From assembly GCF_033153115.1 (NCBI RefSeq), contig NW_026889824.1:2046001-2110000 (forward strand): 64,000 nt of DNA, in the 5' to 3' direction. Source of the stretch: Saccostrea echinata (Eukaryota). How positions within the stretch are numbered: the first letter of the stretch is position 1; each line of letters starts with the position of its first letter. The position numbers were made by a program, and so were the translations under genes. The notes under the pieces were generated by a model. It had not been told where the DNA came from. It saw nothing but the letters and a program-made list of their open reading frames with translations, and made no database searches. Shown here one piece after another: positions 25,798-39,100 of the stretch.

Positions 25798-26925
25798 ATT
25801 TGCAATCATGTTAACAAATTTGAAAATTAAGACGGTTCTTTTGAAGCACAATGCATATCACTGTGGATATTTTAATTGTTTTTGTTGAGCCACAACTAGC
25901 GATATTTTTGCATATTAATTTAAAATGATTTTATTTATCATTTTTATAACGATACGATGGCTGAGACTGCCAAACAAACAGTAGGTAGGAGCAACCAATG
26001 TTATAATTTTTTTCTTTAAAATGGTACACCTCTCAATTTAGTGATTTTAAGAAATTTACGAGAAAATTAATGTAATACGTGTTTTTCTTGAAATTTTACT
26101 CAATTTTTTATCGGATAGATGATGGATTTGCAACCCACAAGAACACCTACTAGCGGGGAATTTCAAAAAGACTGAATATTTACTTTAAATTAAGTGGGCT
26201 TTGAAAATGGATCATCAAAATCACATGTGTTGAAAGTTACATTGCTGAAATTATTATTCATAAAAATAATATGTAGGGCGGGTGTCTACAAAAGGTGTCA
26301 CATTGAATAGATTCAACTTTTTATTCGAAATAATTTAATGGTTTTCATCATGTTCATACTCAATAAAAAAAACTGTGCAGCAAAATTTGAAACATTTATA
26401 GCAAAATACATTAGCAGTTTAACTTTGATCGCTTAACAAGATGTTTGTTCCTATATTTTAGGCTCCACCATTTTAAATTATAAGCACAAAGATTAAAAAA
26501 AAAAGTTTAACAAATGGAGAGATCACCATACATTCTCCTAGCTACTTATTATACTGAAATCTTTTCAAGTTGTGATGAGACCAGACGTGTATGAATGACA
26601 GTTCAACTTCTAGGAACAAATTAAATATTGAATATCTATAGAGTGTAATGTTACCACGTGTAACCCTATTACCTAACATTTATTTCTTTGAACACTGATG
26701 TTACAACATTGACCTACTAGGCTAATTAACACTGCATCTGTGATCGATTTTACTTAAACGAAGGACGAAATAGACAATGGAGTTAAATATTGACAAGATA
26801 TTCACCGTACATAATAGTATAACTTAACCACTACATCAATAACATTCTGTCATTTTGAAACAACTAATGTAAATATGATATATTTTACAAAAAAAAAAAA
26901 AAAAACAACAAAAAAATAAAAACAG

Positions 26926-27599
26926 GGGCCCGTTTTACAAAAGAACTTACGACTAAGAAAAAAAAATTAAATTGTTTGCAAAATTTTTCAAAGTTAATGA
27001 TTCTGTTTAAAATTGCTGGTGTAAAAATATTTTACTACATTCCTTTTAAAAAGATTAAAATCATTTTCTATATAATAGAGAGGTTGAGATTTCATACGTG
27101 TACGTGTACGTCTAGTAGGGGAATTACCTAAATTTCTCGCGTATTACGTCATCAGTTTTGGAGTTGATAAGTTTTCTTACACGTTCCTACAACTTGTAAA
27201 AAGGCATCTACACGTAGGTGTTAACTTGTAGCTTTTTCAATAAAAACTAGTCAATTTATGTGTGGAACTGTTATTGCTGTTCATTATTTATGATGTTAAG
27301 TTTCATGAACACTTATTTTAACCATGTTTTGTTCACTAACTAAAGTCAAACTAATGTCACAAAACTACTAAATAGTTGAAACAGAGACATCCATTGCAGT
27401 CTACACGTTCGAGTTACACGTCATTAAAATCTCAACAGACAAATTACAAAAAACGTGTACGTGAACGTCAAAGTTTGTGCACACGTACCCGTACACGTAC
27501 ATAACTGTATGAAATCTCAACCTCTCTAATGTAAATTGTAAAGTTATAAGCAAATAAAAATTTTGTTCTTAGTCGTAAGTTCTTTTGTAAAACGGGCCC
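26926..27599. mobile_element. PIF/Harbinger-type MITE (CAG TSD) with a nested MITE at 27077-27527
   Basis: cag|gggcccgttttacaaaagaacttacgactaagaa ... ttcttagtcgtaagttcttttgtaaaacgggccc|cag (perfect 34-bp TIR). Inner element: aat|agagaggttgagatttcatac ... gtatgaaatctcaacctctct|aat. Confidence 0.9.
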
Positions 27600-27959
27600 C
27601 AGGACAATTAATATGAAACGATTGTTTATACCAAAATTTGTGTAAGGAAAATGAATACACTACCAACTAAATGTACAGTTAAGTTAACGCCAAAGTACAA
27701 ACACGATTAATGTAAAAACTAAGTTAGAAACCACCAATATGATATTGTTGTTGCAGGTAAAATGCACTAGCTTAATAGAAAAAATGAAAAAGTTTTAAAT
27801 ACATTTATTTGATCACTTTTTTCCAGTCATTCACCATTGTTCACATTATTAAGGTATTGGTTATCCTATGAGGCAATGAAAACTCTCTTTTTGTGGCGCA
27901 TTTTCTCTCTTAATTCTCTCTCAAAATTTCCAGTATGATTATTGCACAGTCGACATCAT

Positions 27960-30900
27960 TTATTTTCCCAATGCTGCCTCTAACATGATGGAAAAAGACA
28001 CAACAATACTGAACAACAGGTATATTACGAAGAAAACCCTGTCTAAGGCCACGGCAACTGAGGACCAGTCAACACTGTTTGGTTCCCTCTCCTGGTTGGC
28101 CAGGATTGAGGCACTACATTCTTTAATCTCCCTCAATATTTCTAGTAATTGTCCCTCAAACCCCACAATGAGAGGTTTCTGTTGTTTTTGGCTTTCATTG
28201 TCAATATATTGACGATGCTTACTTTCTTCTTGGTGAGGAAAATGGAAAATGTTTCCTTTTCTTTTATAACGTTCGATGTACAAATTATCCTGAAAAAATA
28301 GACCATATAGATTATACAATATTGTTTCTTACCAGTGAGTGATTAATGTATGTGTGTTATTTACAAGTACATTTCCTGCAAAGAAATTGATCACCTTTTG
28401 AATACCATTGCATGCTGCATCTACCAAAATGAAAATAAAAAACCAAAATTGAAAAAAATAAAGCCTTTTGACGCAGTAAAGCTTGAATTATCAGTTTCTT
28501 TTTATACATGTATGAAAAATACACAAATTTCATTAAAATATACAGTAATTACTGCGGTATATGCGGATTTTGTGTAACTAAAATGTCATTATTTAAATGT
28601 CACTTTATCTTTGAACATTCAAGAATTCATAAGTTACTGTATTAAAATTACATTTTTGTCGTGGTCATATTGTGCATACACACAAGCTATCGTCTGCAGT
28701 GGCTTGATGACGTATTTCCTGACTCTTGAGGACACGTGACCGCTGTTCTTGTAATGTATGTTGAGAACCAGTACAGTCATCAGACAGGACAAACCAACCA
28801 AGATCATCGAAACAAGGAAGTAAATTGCTGGAAAGGAAGAGAGGGATGATTACTGCAAGGAAAATCTCTTTCACAATTTCTCCGAGTCATTATTAGTAAT
28901 ACATGAATTTAATTTGCTGTCAACAGTTTTTTTCTTTCAGTCTCTGGACATTCAAACTTTGAAAAATTGAGCTAATTCAATAAATGAAACACAACTTTGA
29001 TTTTAGGTTGCATAACGCCTAATGACTAATTTACAGTATGCGAGGTCGAAATCTTCATAAATGAGTTGGGAGAAAACAGGAGTAAAAAAGATATATCTTA
29101 AGAATCCACGGAAAACAAACCTAATAAAGGAGGGTTTTCTCCAGACGCGGGAATCATGTTTACGATGACCAGCTGAAAAACAGCCAGGGACAGAAGGACA
29201 GTGATCTCCAGATTGACCTTCTCCCCAGCCTCAGGGGGCAGGATAAAACCAAGACCAGCCGTAAAGGACACCAAAAAGCACGGAAATAGCAGGTTCATGA
29301 CGTAAAATAAAGGTTTTCTCCGCAATCCCAATATACACTCCATTGTTGGGTAGGAAACGTCACTGTAGTACGTGACGACACTGGTGGCGTCCGCTCTCGT
29401 GACGTCCCATTCCGTGTTGTTGACGTAACTAGACATATCTAGGGTCGAACTCTTGTTGACGATGTGCACCTCTGCCCCAGTGTAGATCCACGACCCAAAC
29501 ACAAGACGACATTCCTGGGTATCAAACGGAAAGTGATAAACGTCGATGGCACAAGACGTCCGGACACTGGAGGGAAACTGATATTGTACTCGGCCATCAC
29601 TGTGCACGATGGCTCGATAATCCTTCATCCCCGGGAGTCCCTTCACATCAGTTCTAATATTAGATCAAAAGAAATATCATAGAAATATTTTTATGCGTAT
29701 GCTTGTGTACTTTGCTTCTGTCTTTTGGCCTAGGATCATGAAATAAACCTGGACTTCCGTAAAAATTTCAATAATCTGTAAAATGGTTGTAGCTATAAAA
29801 CAAAGCTTAAAATGTGCATAATAACAGCAGTCTGACTACTCACAGGCCCGTAGGAACCGGGGTGGGAGTCGTGTCCCCTCCCAATAATTTTGCAAGTATA
29901 TACAGTTCATTAAATACAATAAATATATATAGGAAATGAAGATAAGTTACAGTTGTGCACCCTCAATAATTACGCCCGATGACTTTTTTTGTTAGGAATG
30001 TTCGTAAGGTAGCCCCCCCCCCCCCCCCAAAAAAAGAAAACTAACTTTGTTAGGTTGCTCACCCTAACCTGAAATTGCTTCTACGTGCCTGAGGAATTCC
30101 TATAAACATATTTATTTTTAGAACTATATCATTTCGGCGCAATGTAAGCATTTCTGAATAAATTATTTCCTGATCCTGGGCCCTGGTCTGATAGATTGCT
30201 TTGCTTTTTGTAAGTACATAGGTATATAAGTTATATAATAGTGTTTCTGTTTATATTTATAAGTTTATAAGAATGATACATGTGACAGCGGTGAATAGGT
30301 AAGGGAGCGTTCTCGAATAAATTATTCTCTCTCTCTCTCTCCTGATACCATACGTGTCATAAAGTGTAAGATCAGGGATCCAAATTTTGTCCTGTGGTAC
30401 AGCAAGCCTGTCGATTCCGTTATAGTGGGACTTATTCCATCTTAATCTACAGTCAATCCAGTCCTGAAATGAACTCAATGTTAGCTGCACTTTTCACTGA
30501 ATGACAACTTAATAAATACACCGACATGTTGATTCTATCTTACGGCGAGCGTGGGATTCCTCGTTAATTTTGTCAGAATTCTGAAGTTTGTAGATAATTA
30601 ATTTCACAGGTAAAATGGAGACATTGTATGACTGTATACACAAGATAATGATTAAAGTAAAGCATTACCACCCTCATCCAGACCGTCACATCAATGGTCT
30701 GTTTGGGTTCATTCTGAAACATGAAACATTTTAATATAAATTTTCTTCCTCATCATATTTTTTTATCACTAAGAATTAATAAAAACTAACACTTTGACTT
30801 TGTTGACATGTACATATTGGTAATTAAAAATATTTGATGATACTTTTGACATCCTGCGTCTGTTTACACATTAAATCAAAGCGTATTTGGTCGACCCCAA

Positions 30901-32651
30901 CCCCACACCAGCAAAAGAGGATTTTCAAAATACATAATTATGTCATAGCTTGAGCTGACACCCCCCGAGCACTTGTAGATTGATCGATTTTATATTGTTT
31001 TAAAAACCTTTCCAAAATGTTTTTCACTCAGATGAGACATGCAAATACCGAATAAGGGCTCCAAATTTAGACCCTTACTCGGCACATAGGATCTTTGAGT
31101 AAAAAATTAGGTCTGTTTAGAGTGCTAATGCCTGCTGAGACACGATACCTCGGTTTTCAACAGTTTAAGGACCCAAAACTTTTATTTCAATGGCACGAAG
31201 GAGTAGTTGCTACCTATTATTATATAGAGGTTTATTGCGACCAGAGCTCGAACCCATGGTCTTCCAACTACGGAGCGAGCACTATAATAAAACTCTTCTA
31301 GACTCCTTGCCAGATAAGTGCAAAGTGTAACAAAGACAAACAATATATAGACACCGTACTGAATACATGTAGATGTTCAGTTGAAATAAATAGTCGAGAT
31401 TTTTAAACAAACTCTGAGTTTAACAGATGATTACATAGATGTACATGTGTAACAGATGATTTACCAGATCCACAAGCTGTCGGACCCCCAGGTCTATAGT
31501 GACCACTACAGATTTATTCTGTGTGTCATCACAGTACGGCCGCACCTCCTTCTTGTAAGTCTGGAATACCGAGGTAACAAGGTCGTCCAGGAGGTACGAA
31601 AATCCAACTGAATAAAAAAATTACCATATTGAAATTCCAAGGGTTTGATAATATTCAAAGTTCCACTGAAGTCTCATCAATGATCTGAAAAAATTTGGAT
31701 GGACGACCATGTCTATCAATATTTTTTTTTTTGTTTTCAGCTTTTATTTAATTCATTTATTTATTTTTTATTTTTATTTGTTTTTTATTTATTCATTTTT
31801 TTTTTGGGGGGGGGGGGTACAGTTCTGCAACTAATAAAGCCTCAGAGCTTGACGATTTAAAATGTGACAACGTTTGACTGTTTGTATATAAAAGATTAAA
31901 CTTAAAATATTAATGTAATTCAAATAAAATTCAAATCCGGATGCTCCTGTTACATGCTTCTCTATGCAACCCATGTGTTAATTTTCAAATAGTATAATTT
32001 TGAAGTAAAATATTTTACATCCTGACACAAGTCCTAATTTGATAGATTAAATGATCATCAACTTTTGTTCTAAATGAAAGCCAAATCACGCGAGCTTGGG
32101 AAAGGATATCAAAATGTCTGCAGTTCAAGTTAGAAATTGTAAATTCTTAAGTACTGAAGTACTAAACTCTTTAAATACTGTAAGATTAATTAAAAATATC
32201 ATTTTTTTTTTTTATTTTTGTGTAAATTCTAAGAAAATGTAATTTCTTATCTCGGTTAAATCCAAGAAAAAAATCCGCCATAACGATATATATTTACATG
32301 TCGGAGAAGTGCTGTCAGGGGCGGAGAAGGGGGCCTCAATATCAATATGGAATCTGAGAAATATATTGAAAATACACCTAGAAAATTCTTGCAGTATTAA
32401 ATACTTACGTAGTTTCATACAGTAATTATCATGGCCAAACAGAATACAACTATATTCAGTGGCAACGGTACATCAGGGGAAATATAAAACTTCGTTTATC
32501 TTAGTTTTTCTTTAAAGAAAATTTTATTTTGAAGTTTAAAAAATACAAAAATGAAGTAATAAATTGTGAGTAAAAAATACTCAAAATAAAACTCACCAGA
32601 GACGCAGAGCTGACAGAAGAAAAGAACTCTACAAGCTTTTTCAACTTCCAT
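27960..32651 (-). CDS. Nicotinic acetylcholine receptor-like Cys-loop subunit, non-alpha (463 aa; exons 32651-32597, 31607-31465, 30713-30669, 30463-30354, 29653-29121, 28827-28652, 28289-27960)
   Basis: WIPDLTLY; Cys-loop CAIDVYHFPFDTQEC; FGSWIY; LRRKPLFYVMNLLFPC (M1); GEKVNLEITVLLSLAVFQL (M2); M3 ..TVLVLNIHY; M4 ALDRVFFVIYLL. The 45- and 110-nt exons are typical of nAChR genes and all phases are compatible. Exon 1 (signal peptide) is the least certain. Confidence 0.9.
30978..31290 (-). mobile_element. Old degenerate SINE copy in a nAChR intron
   Basis: tttcactcagatgagac, tactcggcac, gagacacg..cctcggtttt and ctcgaaccc resemble the reverse complement of the SINE family. Confidence 0.55.
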
Positions 32652-33419
32652 GTCCGAGAAATTAATGCGAGGGTCTTAACTCCTGACGAATCAATTTTAA
32701 TCCATGTAAGCAAACAAATAAATTCACAAAGCTCTCGCGGATTGAATTTGTGTAAATTTGAGTAGCATAATAAATTGATGGAAATTGATATACCTGTTTG
32801 GTCAGCCTCGTGGACAAAAATAGCACCAATTGTAATTTATAATGCGTGCACTACAGTCTTCTTTATAGAAAATTAATTAGATTAAGGCTTATTGTCTATA
32901 AATGTAATTTGTCCAAGTAGTTCGTGTCCTTTAATTAAGGAATAATGATAAAAATTCACCTTCACTACCCGCAAACATAAGGTGCAGTTGTTCATAAATG
33001 AGTAATTTTCAGGATCAACTCAACCTTCTAAACGAAATGAAATCAATGGACTCTATAATTCCTGTGCACATCTGACAGATTAAACATCGATTACATGAAT
33101 AGTTTTTCCTCGCTAATCAATATGCCTTTTATTGACATAGCCACCTTCTCCTATACTGGATCTCCTGTGTAACTCGGTATACAATGGTTCAGGGATAGAG
33201 CTGATAGATGTATGCGGAGATACGAACACAGAACGATTCGGGGAGGGGGGGGGGTAGGGGACCGAACCCTCCTGAGATTATATTGTAAAGGAACAAAAAA
33301 CATGACTTTAGACCCTTACCATCACCCTGCGAAACATAGGCAAATTGTAAAGAGGGTCATATATAAGGAAAGCCACAGGGGACCCCTAAGTTATACAGGG
33401 GAAAAATCCATTTAAACGA

Positions 33420-33900
33420 TACAAATCGGGAGAAGAGCAAACACGGACCTCCAAAAACAGGAGAGGAGGTATCTGCCATGGAGGAGTAAGCATCCCCTGT
33501 CGACCTGTCACAACCGCCGTGTGCTCCTTGTCATGATCGGATAATCAGAAAAATCCGTACAAATTTCAGTGTTTAAATAATGGCCCAACAATAAGTATGA
33601 AAAAGTCAGTCAGCATTGGACCTAATGATAGATGGTATCAATTTTGCTGATAAGGTTATTGTATCGACCATAGAACTTGCGAAATGATGACTTCAAACGA
33701 GACTGTTGATATCCTTGTTTCATCAACTTGTTGGTTAATAGCTTGCCTCGTTTTAAAAATTGATCGTACCTAGAGCATGTTCTTGCGTATCGAATCAACT
33801 GGGAGACATAAACCCTTTATGCAGGTGATAAGGATAATTTGCTATATAAGTAAGAGAAGTTAGCGATAGAAACTTGAAGTCATCACATTTATCATAAAGT
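33420..33900 (-). mobile_element. 3' fragment of a retroelement, probably Penelope-like (Naiad-type)
   Basis: The minus strand encodes VYVSQLIRYARTCSRYDQFLKRGKLLTNKLMKQGYQQSRLKSSFRKFYGRYNNLISK, followed by the same 3' motif as at 24355. The clade assignment is from memory. Confidence 0.65.
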
Positions 33901-34632
33901 TTTGCAGATCTACCTTTTGATTTCCCAATTACATGTATCGTGCTTACATGTAGTATAAATTTGATCATAGGGTTTGTAACATAGATTCTAGGTTAAAGCG
34001 CATGGTTATCTGTATTGAAGATTTCTTACAAAAGTATTATAGAAATCGTTCCATCTTTTCTTTGCCCCCCCCCCCCCCCCCACAGCCTTTTGAAAAATTA
34101 TTTTGCTTGCATCTTTTGGATACTTCTAACTAAGATAGAAAATAAAAATGTTGACAAATGTGGATCATCTCTGTAGCGTTCATTTCTTCACTGTAAAACC
34201 ATGGACGTGATATTCCGGGATTGTTTAGTTTACCCTAACTATTTTATTCTTTATTTAATGTAGAAGAGATCCGGTGTTGTATTGCATAGAATTTTTGTAT
34301 ACCACAGTATGACAGTACCACTTTACGGTATTTGACAAATTTTTATCATCGTAGTCATTTATATATTGAGTTGGGAAATGCATAACAATTAGTATCTCAA
34401 CAAAAACACCCTGATTATCTGTATTCATCACAAAAGATTAACATTGATATAAAAATCTGATCCACTGTAGTGGCAGATCCAGAAGTTCATGTGGGGCAGT
34501 TTTGAGACCTGAAGTGGGAGGGTATGGGAGAGGGTTTCCCCCTTCCTCTTAATTGTAATTTATAGTATCTGTCACATTACATAGTTCTTGTTGGTTTGCC
34601 ATTACCTTCAAAATACATTTGGTTTAAATCAA

Positions 34633-35418
34633 CAGTGATTTTTTTTGGGGTGAAAATGTCACCAATATTCGGCTGTTTCCCCTCACAAAAATTAGCTATT
34701 TTTTCCCAATTATTAGTATATTTTCCCACTTTCAAACTTACATTTTAATTTTGAACAAAAGTCACTAAATTTGCTGACAGAGGAAATACGTTTTTATTCT
34801 TCAAATCCATGCATATGCAGCCGATTTTTTAATGAATGTGTAAAACAATGCAGATATCCATATAAGGAGATAAGTAGCTTATAATATTATCAATGAATTG
34901 GTAAATAGTTCCCAGATACAAGTCATGTTGCATGTTGACATAATGATTTTGATTTGACCGCCATTATTGCATAGAGGGTCAGGCTAATAACAGGAAATGT
35001 ACAACACATAGGGTTTCACTAAAATCAGGAAAAAAACAAACAGTAAAGACTGTAAACTTGATTATCAATATAAAACAGTTTACTAGATTATGAGTCTAAA
35101 TGCTGGTTTTTTTTTATGAAATTAGACAAAGCAATTCCAAGAAAATAGAAGCTACAAGATGTGACTGATATAAGCCATGTTCACATTCAATAAAATATTG
35201 ATGTTAATTTTTTTAAATGATTATTTTATGAATTTAAATCAAATTCAAAGTTAAAATCAAACAAAATCTGTTGTTGTTACTTAGTTTGATTATTTTATGT
35301 ATTATTTAGCATTCTTATTTACTATAGGAATGATTTTTCCCAATTTGAGGAAAATGTTGCTAATTTTTCCCAATTCAAAAGGAGGGTGTGGTGGTTTAAA
35401 AAACAAAAAAAATCACTG
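34633..35418. mobile_element. Non-autonomous DNA element with CAGTG..CACTG ends and ~5-bp TSD
   Basis: atcaa|cagtgatttttttt ... aaaaaaaatcactg|attaa; internal ttttcccaatt repeats. Confidence 0.6.
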
Positions 35419-36173
35419 ATTAACTAAGACAAATTTGATATTGTATATATATACAGTTGAACTTCGGTATCTCAAACACTGATATCTTGAATATATCTTG
35501 GATATATAAAAGTGATTTGAAAGTCCTAAACCCTTATTCTTTAAGTATTTCACCCTGGACATCTCGACTCCTCATATATCTCAAATTTTTTTTCTCTTTC
35601 CCAAATGATATCTATATATATATCATAAGTGTGGTGGATTCTACCCATAAGATAAACCTATGCTTTAATTATCCACAGGTATATATCAATAACACTTCCA
35701 GTTTTGACACAATCCCTTGCTTCAAGATGTAAATTTATGGAAACTTCTATCTGTGAAAGTTCTTCATTATAAAATGGATACCTATGAGTAAAAATGTTTG
35801 TTATAAACAAGAGTTTTGATGTTTTTTTAGGCTATTCCATTGTTAATCATTCATAGAAATTCATAAATTGACAAACCTGCAGATGGGCATTTTTAAAACT
35901 CTTACACAGCCAGTTGAGAAATATATGATGTATCATTTGTTGTAATTAATAACTACACTATAGGAGATGCACATCAAACATTAGGAATGGAAAAATCATT
36001 GAAATCTTTGTATCAAGGTTGACATGATTATCTTCCTTGAACTCTAAACTGTTTATGATAAGTAAACAATATTTGATGGGCATATCATATGTGTGGCAGT
36101 GCACGTTATTGATCTCACTCATTACTTCGATGTTTTACCCTAATATATGTATTTTTTAATACAGATTTTCAAT

Positions 36174-39100
36174 ATGAATGAGCCAGAGATTTTGACAGAA
36201 GTACCAAGCACATTAAAGAGACTGATTAGATTAGTGGTCAGAGGGTTCTACAGTATAGAGCACGCAATGATTATCGACCTTCTAGTCCGCAATCCCTGCA
36301 TGAAAGAGGATGACATCGTGGACATTCTCAGATTCGAGAGGAAACAACTCCGAGCTCTTATAAATACCTTAAAAACAGAAAAGTTTCTCAAGACAAGAAT
36401 GAAAATGGAAACTGATGCTGAGAACAAATCGACTCGCCAGACATACTACTTCATTAATTACCAAGTGTTTGTCAACATTGTCAAGTATAAACTAGATCAC
36501 ATTCGCAGGAAGATTGAAATGGAAGAAATGCACAACACTAGTAGGGCTTCTTTCAAATGTCCCACTTGTGAAAAGACATTCACTGACCTTGAAGTCAACG
36601 AGTTGTTTGATGTTATGAGTGGGACGTTCCGATGTACGTTTTGTGAGAATGAGGTTGAGGAGGAAGCCGGGGCCACATCAGTCCAAGACACGCGAACTTT
36701 ACTTGCCAAATTCAACGAACAGATTCAGCCAGTGTTTGACTTGTTACAAAAGTGTGATGACATCAAATTAGCCCCAGAGCTTCTGGAACCAGAACCCACA
36801 GATCTCAATAGAGTTCACAACAGGTTTATATCATTAACACTCATCAAATGTAGAGTTTGTAAACAGACTGGATTTTTTTATATGCATGTATAATTTTGCT
36901 TTGTTAAAGAAAATTTAGACATTGGTGCAATCTTACTAAAATTTGATGTTAGATCCACTCACATACTTACTACATTAAGTTAGTGTAGTGAGTATACGAG
37001 TGGATCTAACATCTAATTTTAATTAGATTTACATTGTTGAAGCAAGAAATTATGGAACAAAACAAAACAAAAAATTTTAAAAAATCAGATCATAAGACAT
37101 TAATTTTGTTACTTTTTTATTTGTACACTCCTTCACAATAATCCCTGATGATTAAACTGTTACAAATTGACTATATACATTTTAGGTCACATTCTTCAAA
37201 GACGTCCAATGCAGACAGGGGTGTTTGGAGTGGTGATAAGAATAGGACCACCAACTATAACCTGGGATCTGACGCCACCGTCACCATCAGTATGGGAGGG
37301 GAGGGGGAGACAAAGAAAAGCGAGGCAGTTAAGGAGGTGCCAATCTGGATGTCACAGAGTACTGTAGAGGGGGGACAGGAAGACAGCAGGGTCAGTATTC
37401 ATACATCACCATGGTTACATTGTAAACATTCAGGTTTAACTTAGTAAACAACTGTGTTAATGAATTCTTGGCAATAGAATCTATCAGATGAATTATTTCC
37501 TTTCATGACAACTGCTACACATAGGTTGCAGATGAGGGATTATTGTTTATCTTTAATCATTATTTACCTGAAAACAAGTCATGGTGGTAATAAAATGCAA
37601 AAGAAATCTAAAACTTGGTAATAATATCATTATCATTATTCAAATTAAGGTTAAAGTGATGATGATTTGTGCATGGACTGTCTTTGGAGTAATGATCAAG
37701 ATATACATATATTCTGTAACTGACCATAACAGAGAAATGTACTGGTAATTGGCTATGCCCGGACAGTACACTTAATTACATGTATAAACAGTATAGTATC
37801 ACTTACAATTGGAAAATCTTTCATTTAGGAAAAGGACTGAATGAATGCAAAAGTCTTTTTTTCTGAACATTGTTTTGACAGACTACTGAAATTCTCCTTT
37901 TAATGCTTGGGATACTTTTTTGTGGTAACTTTTGTAAAGTATTAACTGGAAGGTCATTTTTAAGTGGTTAATTGGCAAATGGAAAAAATAAATACAAAAT
38001 TGAGATCCATATCAAAAAATAGGAAACAAAGGATTTTACAATTGCTACCATATCATAGACTTTTGAATCATTGAAATTTTAAAAGCAAGATACCATAATT
38101 GACATTGTCACTAAAAATATCTCATTTTAACAGAGCTCTTTTGTCAATGAGGAATCCAAACCAGCACATCTAGAAGCAGCCAACCGATCAGCGGTCAACA
38201 GCGAGATTGAAACACTCTTATACATTCATGAGAAGAAGGGTGGGGCCCCTGGGGGCTCCCTACCTGGTCAGAGAAATGACAGCTCCAGTAGTGACTCAGA
38301 GGAAGAGACACCTAAGATCTCAGCTCCATCTCATAATACAGGTAATATCTCAGCTCCATCTCATAATACAGGTACATTTAAGATGTCAGCTCCCTATCTC
38401 AAAACACAGGTAAGATGTCAGCTCCATCTCAAAATACAGGTAAGATATCAGCTCCATCTCTTAACAGAGGTAAGATATCAGCTCCATCTCATAAGAGAGG
38501 TAAAATCTCAGCACCATCTCATAATGCAGGTAAGATGTCAGCTCCATCTCATAATACAGGTAAAATCTCAGCTCCATCTCATAACACAGGTAAAATCTCA
38601 GCTCCATCTCATAACACAGGTAAGATATCAGCTCCATCTCATAACACAGGTAGGATCTCAGCTCCATCTCAGAACACAGGTGAGATGTCAGCTCCATCTC
38701 ATAACACAGGTAAGATTGTCAGCTCCATATCTCATAAGGCAGGTAGGATCTCAGCTCAATCTCATAATGCAGGTAAAATTTCAGCTCCATCGCTTAACAC
38801 AGGTAAGATGTCAGCTCCATATCTCATAAGGCAGGTAGGATCTCAGCTCAATCTCATAATGCAGGTAAAATTTCAGCTCCATCTCATAACACAGGTAAGA
38901 TGTCAGCTCCATCTCATAACACAGGTAAGATGTCAGCTCCATGTCTCATATTACAGGTAAAATGTCAGCACCATCTCATAAGGCAGGTAAGATGTCAGCT
39001 CCATCTCATAAAGCAGTAAGATCTCAGCTCCATCTCCCCTTCCTTTTGTGTAAGTGAGATCGAGATCAAAAGTAAACTCATCTAAGTTGTATAGCCCTGA

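Noticed and set aside
29843-30091. Additional member of the 5-bp-TSD MITE set (caggcccgtagga..ttctacgtgcctg)
   Set aside because: TIR-like ends are present but the flanks (actca/aggaa) do not match, so it was not counted.
32409-32473. Alternative nAChR signal-peptide exon
   Set aside because: It has a good donor, but the hydrophobic frame and the ATG frame both hit stops. The 32651-32597 exon fits the phase.
38383-38960. 148-aa and 181-aa repetitive ORFs
   Set aside because: Translations of the 30-bp minisatellite inside a TFIIE-alpha intron, not independent genes.
38313-39036. CRISPR-like array
   Set aside because: Head-to-tail repeats without unique spacers, in eukaryotic DNA, with no cas genes.
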